From positions 2,480,001 through 2,544,000 of the forward strand of contig CM074815.1 in NCBI GenBank assembly GCA_037447605.1: a stretch of 64,000 bases of DNA, read 5' to 3'. Both the position numbers and the translations under genes were made by a program. The stretch is from Zygnema circumcarinatum SAG 698-1b (taxonomy: Eukaryota > Plantae > Zygnematophyceae). Below the pieces are notes generated by a model. That model was not told where the DNA came from. It was given only the letters and a program-made list of their open reading frames with translations, and did not search any database. This document shows, one piece after another, positions 62,829 through 64,000 of this stretch; positions within the stretch are counted from its first letter, which is position 1; every line of letters starts with the position of its first letter.

Positions 62829-63878
62829 ATGGCTTCTGCAAAGTTTTGTGTTCTCGTTCTGAGCCTCAATCTTTTCAGAGCTGCAATTGTTGCAGCACGC
62901 GAGGGCTACCTAGGACCTTTGGACAAATCAACGGAGAGATGGCGGCTAAGTGGGCGGCGGCTCTCTGACGGCGGGGCTGGAGAGAAGGACTATTTGAGCT
63001 TCCGCGAGTTCCTGCAGTCCCCGGAGGCGGCGCGGCGGCTCCAGGATGCGCCCGCCTCGTCGCTGTACCACGCGTACGACATCACCGCGGCGAAGGGCGC
63101 CGTCGACTGGCGGGCGACGGGCGTCATCACGCGCGTCATGGACGCCAAGGACGTACGTGGCCGCGCGCCGCCGTGCGGACTGCATGCATGCATACACATG
63201 CATGCATAGTTCAAAGGAAGACTGAGAAATGAATGCTATGGAGGAAAGATGAGAGAAAGTTCACGGTGCGCGCATGCTGGTTCTTCCTGAAAAGTTTAAA
63301 CAGGCGTGAGCTTAACACTGTCCCTTTACGTGCGTGGTGCGCAGTGCAACAGCTGTTGGGCGCTGACGGTGGCTGACGTGATCGCGCTGCACTACGCCAA
63401 GGAACAGGGGTGGGGCAACCTCCCCCAGCAGCTGGGCAAGCAGTGGTACTTTTCCCCGCAAGGGTCCGCACAGCAGATCGCGGACTGCATGGGAGTGAAC
63501 ATCTGCGCGCAGGGCTACCCCGAGTGGGCCCTCTTCTACGCCACCGTCAATGGGGGGCTCACGATCGAGGACCGCTATCCGTACAATCCGGAACCAGGGG
63601 CAGAAAATCAGGAGTGCAAGAGAGACATCGCGGAAAAACCAACGCTCAAGGTAATCCGTCATCCGGATATCCACAAGCTAAGAGAGTGAGTCAGTTGTGA
63701 TGGATAAATTGACAACTTTACGAACCATTGGAAGGTTGAGGTCTAAGGGGAGTTCGCGATGGCATGCATGCAGGTGACGAGGTGGGAGCAAGTCCCCGCA
63801 TTCGACGAAGAAGCCCTCCGGAAGGCGGTGTCGATGAAGCCGGTCCTTGCATTCATTTCTGCATCCGGGGACTTTGAG
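62829..63878 (+). CDS. Papain-like (C1A) cysteine protease, copy 2, running off the window end
   Basis: Exons 62829-63152, 63345-63650 and 63774-63878. Signal peptide, VDWRATGVIT, CNSCWAL (catalytic Cys), SAQQIADC, GGLTIEDRYPY, WEQVP..DEEALRKAVSMKPV. Confidence 0.9.
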
Positions 63879-64000
63879 GTGCGCCCCAACACACACGCTC
63901 CTCTCTCATGACATAGTTTTCTATCCACCTTCATTGAAAGGGAAAAAATTGTATAGTCTTGGATGCTGTGGAAGGCGGCTGGCGTGTAGGTCAGTAAACT

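Overview
This is intron-rich eukaryotic nuclear DNA with plant-type genes and GA/CT microsatellite-filled introns. It is most consistent with a streptophyte green alga; that assignment is inference, not a database result. I could splice-model about 14 protein genes by hand from GT/AG sites and frame continuity: two PEPRK/CDPK-related kinases without EF hands, a 2H cyclic phosphodiesterase, a DOMON-cytochrome b561 protein, glyoxalase II, a C2-domain S/P-rich protein, an atypical PRPP synthetase, a GRIK/SnAK kinase, acetolactate synthase, a BadF-type GlcNAc kinase, a 61-aa SMP/LEA-like protein, a TXNDC12/AGR-like thioredoxin and a GID1-related carboxylesterase. There is also a pair of papain-like protease genes. 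One of these appears to run across an assembly gap into three LysM domains, an extensin-like linker and a Cys-rich tail. The window also holds one tRNA-Thr(UGU), foldback/MITE-like inverted repeats, a non-LTR retrotransposon remnant and dense GTAC, G-box, RY and HSE-like motif clusters. The most interesting candidate is the putative secreted papain-LysM-extensin-Cys-rich protein and its near-identical inverted paralogue. Next are the bacterial-type PRS, the SMP-like microprotein with its stress-motif flanks, and the GID1-like esterase. All coordinates were counted by eye and may be off by a few bases. N gaps lie at 27878-27887 and 53585-53684.
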